From: Promethearchaeota archaeon
GTDB lineage: Archaea; Asgardarchaeota; Lokiarchaeia; Sigyniarchaeales; SOKP01
Assembly (NCBI GenBank): GCA_048939015.1
Contig: JBHLPW010000102.1
Location: forward strand, 1-11,193
Reading direction: 5' to 3'
Length of the DNA: 11,193 nucleotides
In this document: positions 8,501-11,193 of the stretch, piece by piece
How the letters are laid out: every line of letters starts with the position of its first letter
How positions within the stretch are numbered: position 1 is the stretch's first letter
Translations under genes and position numbers: made by a program
Notes under the pieces: generated by a model
Seen by the model: the letters and a program-made list of their open reading frames with translations, nothing else
Databases searched by the model: none
What the model was told of the DNA's origin: nothing

Positions 8501-8930
8501 AAATACTAAACCTGAATCTGGTGATCCACTAGATGATCCTAGTTGGGTAAGATTTCCGGCAAATCTTGAGACTGTTATTGCAGTTGGTGCAATAAATGAA
8601 CAACTAGAGAGACCATCATGGTCTTGCTATGGTAATGAGCTTGATTTAGTAGCTCCAGGTATAAATATTTATACAACAGAATTATATGGTGCTTATAATA
8701 ATTATAAATACTATGGCTCTTTTGATGGTACTTCTGCTGCTTGTCCTATAGTAGCAGGTGTTTGCGCACTTATTCTTTCAGCTAAACCCAATTCCAATTT
8801 AACACCTCTCCAGATAAAAACTTGTCTATGTGCAACTGCTTCCTATGGAGGAGCTACATGGGATCAATATTATGGATGGGGGATTGTGAATGCAAAAAGT
8901 GCTGTAGACTACGCAATTTTATACTATTAA
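5589..8930 (+). CDS. Secreted S8 (subtilisin-family) serine protease with three N-terminal LamG/ConA-like cassettes in two Ig-like domains
   Basis: Catalytic triad motifs VLIIDTG (Asp 8073-8075), GHGTSCAG (His 8190-8192) and GTSAACP (Ser 8733-8735). Also oxyanion-hole ASSAN, plus VIAVGA, LDLVAPG and YYGWGIVNA. Signal peptide MKNKKLNILSILLVSIILTSI. ATG 5589 or 5598 is more plausible than the TTG at 5514 in the ORF track. Confidence 0.93.
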   Translation: MNIMKNKKLNILSILLVSIILTSITPSITLFGNYSQVKVNPKLSAAIDITSPVEGMTYTPHMKGYYPATFGFECDDEDDDPTGWTILEEGGDCSVKSGVGDHLKVMGLESAPGGRVRVYQTFDSAKASGTIEAWIRSDSTTKVVYFLIQQTWHNSIHFAMSENGYFRYYDGSWHNIMAYNADQWYHIRIKFDCGSDWHLWIDGDSKDEEAGYNFRGSPSSMVQLFVSAEGENTNCYVDAVGYDWDPSYKIGINFPMEGYYLSKFGFECDDVDDDPTGWTILEEGGDCSVKSGVGDHLKVMGLESAPGGRVRVYQTFDSAKASGTIEAWIRSDSTTKVVYFLIQQTWHNSIHFAMSENGYFRYYDGSWHNIMAYNADQWYHIRIKFDCSSDWHLWIDGISKDGGSGYNFRGSPSSMVQLFVSAESENTNCYVDAVGYDWDLSYEVGDNRHEGLLLDIDPKGLGTLNYQLDLNQEVSFSDATVIPFPQDGSHTITVSGGGHTPDTVSFNTSVIDIISPVDGAQIQQSDDGYYPATYGFESDDDDISGTAIDFIDDQSAYGYCQIKAQYSGHKKVLYVKDALPGTGMKYQHYIDESKSIGTIEYWFVMTDLYTGPNDQILFHSLDSSDKVGFYISAGNGKFQDAQGNNIDMAYNYWYHIKIIFDTTAGNNGQYNWWVNGVEQESGVEMMENSGSITKLVIHSYSTNRGEGYFDAFGFDWDSSYEIGDNLYEGLLLNFEPDDSDWMGYTYDGQSLFTLYGDKVVPFTVGAHSIQLIGKIEADSYCCSNLVYYSVYHEPIQDLERHWGLTEIDVDDVWNIHHFKGDGVKVLIIDTGIDTNHQDLFLNYKGGYDFFNNDPFPEDPTTLNYEKGHGTSCAGIIAAIDNNFGGIGVAPEVDLYMARISNDLAQKQNELIHEAILWGIDQHPTIDNPFGQMDVISMSLAYYGDDANIIGDITNACEAAYNAGTVLVASSANTKPESGDPLDDPSWVRFPANLETVIAVGAINEQLERPSWSCYGNELDLVAPGINIYTTELYGAYNNYKYYGSFDGTSAACPIVAGVCALILSAKPNSNLTPLQIKTCLCATASYGGATWDQYYGWGIVNAKSAVDYAILYY
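5778..6906 (+). repeat. Tandem in-frame 582-bp (194-aa) duplication within the subtilase gene
   Basis: 5820-6196 vs 6402-6778 are identical except one base (6168 G / 6750 A). 6197-6324 vs 6779-6906 differ at about 22 of 128 positions by manual count. Confidence 0.97.
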
Positions 8931-8939
8931 ACTTTAAAA

Positions 8940-8949
8940 TTTTTTTTTT
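8940..8949 (+). terminator. T10 tract, likely archaeal intrinsic terminator of the subtilase gene
   Basis: Ten consecutive T starting 10 nt after the TAA at 8930. Confidence 0.6.
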
Positions 8950-9360
8950 ATTTATTTAAAAGAACTGAAGTACTATAATTGACAAATGCAAAAATATTAT
9001 TCAAATTTATTAATATATCTCTTAAAATCATAATTCTAATTGTTCCGTTAAAATTAAGAAGATTCCTGAATTTTAGATATGCAAAGATTTATCTAATGAA
9101 TTGTAAGTTAATTCATGCTTCATACGGTTATGTTTACTAATAAAGTGCAGTAGTGAAAAAAGTTAGAAATTAATCTAGAAATTTCAACAATTCTGCCCTA
9201 GCAATTTCTCTATTATAATTTCACTCAAATTCAGTTGGATTAACCCTGATTTTATGATTATTGAGTAAGGAGATTTATTTGGATGAGTATTTATTCTTAC
9301 AGGAGTATTGAATCTTTGGAGATCAAAACCAGTTAAAAATGAATAAATAAAGGAGTAATA

Positions 9361-9513
9361 ATGATAATTAAAAGTATAGGTATTCTACCATTTCCTTGTT
9401 ATTGGATAATTTTAGTTCCAGGAGAAGCATTTTCTTTCCTATTATTCATACTCTCTCTAATATATCTATTATATGGAATATATTTGTTCAGAGAAGGACT
9501 GAATGAAACTTGA
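9361..9513 (+). CDS. Candidate 50-aa small membrane protein (not in the ORF track)
   Basis: ATG at 9361 preceded by AAGGAG (9350-9355). MIIKSIGILPFPCYWIILVPGEAFSFLLFILSLIYLLYGIYLFREGLNET* is strongly hydrophobic. Confidence 0.35.
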   Translation: MIIKSIGILPFPCYWIILVPGEAFSFLLFILSLIYLLYGIYLFREGLNET

Positions 9514-9772
9514 TTTTGTTTACTCCTTTATCAATCACTTTGTATGCAAATACCGAAATATTTTTCTTGTTACATCTAATTATCTAATTTCCTGAGAGAA
9601 GGAACATGATTTTAAAAACCATACAATAATCTTCCAGCGTTGGTATGCACTGACAAACTTGCTTTCTTTCCCGTAAATATATTACAAGTTCCTTATTATT
9701 GAGGTCATAATAAACACTATAAGAATGAAGATAAGAGCAACCTTCAATTACTCCTTCAATCTTTATATCAAT
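9488..9772 (-). pseudogene. Probable degraded gene for a small Cys-containing beta-sandwich protein
   Basis: Minus-strand frame reads IDIKIEGVIEGCSYLHSYSVYYDLNNKELVIYLRERKQVCQCIPTLEDYCMVFKIMFLLSGN*IIRCNKKNISVFAYKVIDKGVNKIKFHSVLL*. This is 62 open codons, one TAG (9586-9584) and 31 more codons. There is no standard start at its 5' end and there are several stops upstream. Confidence 0.35.
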
Positions 9773-9984
9773 TTACTCTCTCACATAAATAGTGTATTGT
9801 ATATGATCATTTAATTAAATTGAGGATTTTTACTGGCTAAATCCTTCCATGCCTTTAATATAGGAAAAATTCTTATGGAACAATCATTTTTTTTGATAAA
9901 TTATTGTTTCGAAATATTGTTATAACCGTATAGAGAGACTACTTAATGTGAAAAAGGTACTATAATATTGGAAAAAATAAGTAT

Positions 9985-11193
9985 TCATTTTAATTCCATT
10001 TTATTATTACAGTAAGGACAGTGGAGTGGCAATTCTTCATCGCAAGGTTCCAATTCCTCACTGCTAAGAATATTTTTCCAACAAATTAATTTATCTCCTT
10101 TTTGAACCATATCTCGACCGTGATGTTGAGGGATGATATCCTTAGTCTTGCAGTTATCGCAGATAATTACTTTAGCTTCACTTTCTAACTCATCAGTCGA
10201 GAGTTCTTTATATTGGAATTTATATCTGAAAATTGTTAAACTATTAAGGAGAACCAAAAGAGAAACGCCCATGTCTCCTATACCTACTGCAAGCCATAAT
10301 GTCATGAATCCAATGACGGTTAAGATTGCGAAAGAAACTTTTACGAGAATTGAAGTCCAAATATTTTGTTTTATTTTTTTATTGGTTTTTTCTGAAATAT
10401 CGATATATGTAAGTATTTTTTTTAAATCATCACCAATTGCTATAATATCCGCAGTTTCAAGCGTAATATCCGTAGCAGAAGCACCTATAGCGATTCCTAA
10501 ATCTGCTAAGGCCAAAGCTGGAGCATCATTAATTCCATCACCTACCATAGCAACTCCCTTATATTTTTGTTTTAAACTTTTTATTTCTTGAAGTTTTTGG
10601 TCGGGTAAATGTTCACCATATGCTTGATCAATGTCCAAACAAGCTCCAATAGAATTACACACATTTTGATTATCACCAGAAATTAAAACAGTTTCATATC
10701 CTCTTTTCTTCAATCCGTTAATTAAAATTGGAGCAGAAACTCTTAATACATCTCTTATTGTAATAATTCCTAGTAAGTGGTGTTGATTTCCTAATAAAAT
10801 AGGAATTGTTCCTGACGATTCAATGTTTTCTATATCCTTCATAGGAAGGTCATACCTCAAATCTTCCAAGAATTTTTTACTACCAACATAAAATAATTCT
10901 CCATTTATTATTCCTTTTATTCCTTTTCCCTTAATAACCTCGAAATTGTCTACTGCTTGAAAAGACAGATCCAATTCTTTAGCTTGATTAACTACAGCTT
11001 TTCCAATCGGATGTTCTGAAAGTGCTTCTAAACTAGCTGCAATGCTTATTATTTCAGACTTATTAGCTCCATTATAAGTATAAACATCAAAAATTTTTAA
11101 GTTTCCCTCAGTTAGGGTTCCTGTCTTGTCAAACGCGAACACTTCGATATCTTGAAGCTTTTCAATAAATTTATTTCCTTTTACTAAAATTCC
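9985..11193 (-). CDS. Heavy-metal-translocating P1B-2-type ATPase (Zn/Cd/Pb; ZntA/CadA-like), 5'-truncated by the window edge
   Basis: The frame is open to the window end (GILVKGNKFIEKLQDIEVFAFDKTGT). Motifs: DKTGT phosphorylation site, SEHP, SGDN, AMVGDGINDAPALA. The penultimate TM has Lys (QNIWTSILVK) and the last TM has D-x-G (LWLAVGIGDMG), the P1B-2 signature. Confidence 0.93.
   Translation of the reverse strand, partial: GILVKGNKFIEKLQDIEVFAFDKTGTLTEGNLKIFDVYTYNGANKSEIISIAASLEALSEHPIGKAVVNQAKELDLSFQAVDNFEVIKGKGIKGIINGELFYVGSKKFLEDLRYDLPMKDIENIESSGTIPILLGNQHHLLGIITIRDVLRVSAPILINGLKKRGYETVLISGDNQNVCNSIGACLDIDQAYGEHLPDQKLQEIKSLKQKYKGVAMVGDGINDAPALALADLGIAIGASATDITLETADIIAIGDDLKKILTYIDISEKTNKKIKQNIWTSILVKVSFAILTVIGFMTLWLAVGIGDMGVSLLVLLNSLTIFRYKFQYKELSTDELESEAKVIICDNCKTKDIIPQHHGRDMVQKGDKLICWKNILSSEELEPCDEELPLHCPYCNNKMELK

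Noticed and set aside
9160-9390. Short TAGAAATT-like repeats and startless minus-strand frames; possible CRISPR array, ncRNA or gene remnant
   Set aside because: The repeats are short, irregular and low-complexity with no repeat-spacer periodicity. The frames are short with no recognisable motif, and no tRNA or rRNA features are visible.
10133-10591. 152-aa plus-strand ORF
   Set aside because: It is antisense to the conserved P-type ATPase hinge/TM region, a common artefact.
11140-11142. GTG start given for the ATPase
   Set aside because: The frame is open to the window edge and the N-terminal TM and actuator domains are missing, so this is an internal Val codon.

Overview
AT-rich window that looks archaeal, most likely Asgard/Lokiarchaeia. 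This is inferred from an IPGF-TM-basic C-terminal sorting tail, TATA-like promoters, T-tract terminators and Asgard-style Ig-like repeats. Four + strand genes form an apparently coherent cell-surface locus: (1) a C-terminally anchored surface glycoprotein; (2) a membrane protein with an extracellular module, a TM helix, a cytoplasmic 8-ligand RING-like zinc finger and a duplicated 66-aa helical repeat; (3) a winged-helix transcription factor; (4) a large secreted S8 subtilase. Genes 1, 2 and 4 share six copies of a ~200-aa LamG/concanavalin-like cassette (GYYPATxGFE...DAxGxxWD) inserted inside a conserved Ig-like domain. Genes 1 and 4 share a 31-bp upstream motif ending in a TATA box, and its 12-bp core recurs inverted at the start of gene 2. 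A ~1 kb region with a small membrane ORF and a probable pseudogene follows. The window ends in the 3' part of a convergent P1B-2 (ZntA/CadA-type) heavy-metal ATPase with an unusual C-terminal Cys/His domain. All calls are by eye; no database searches were run.
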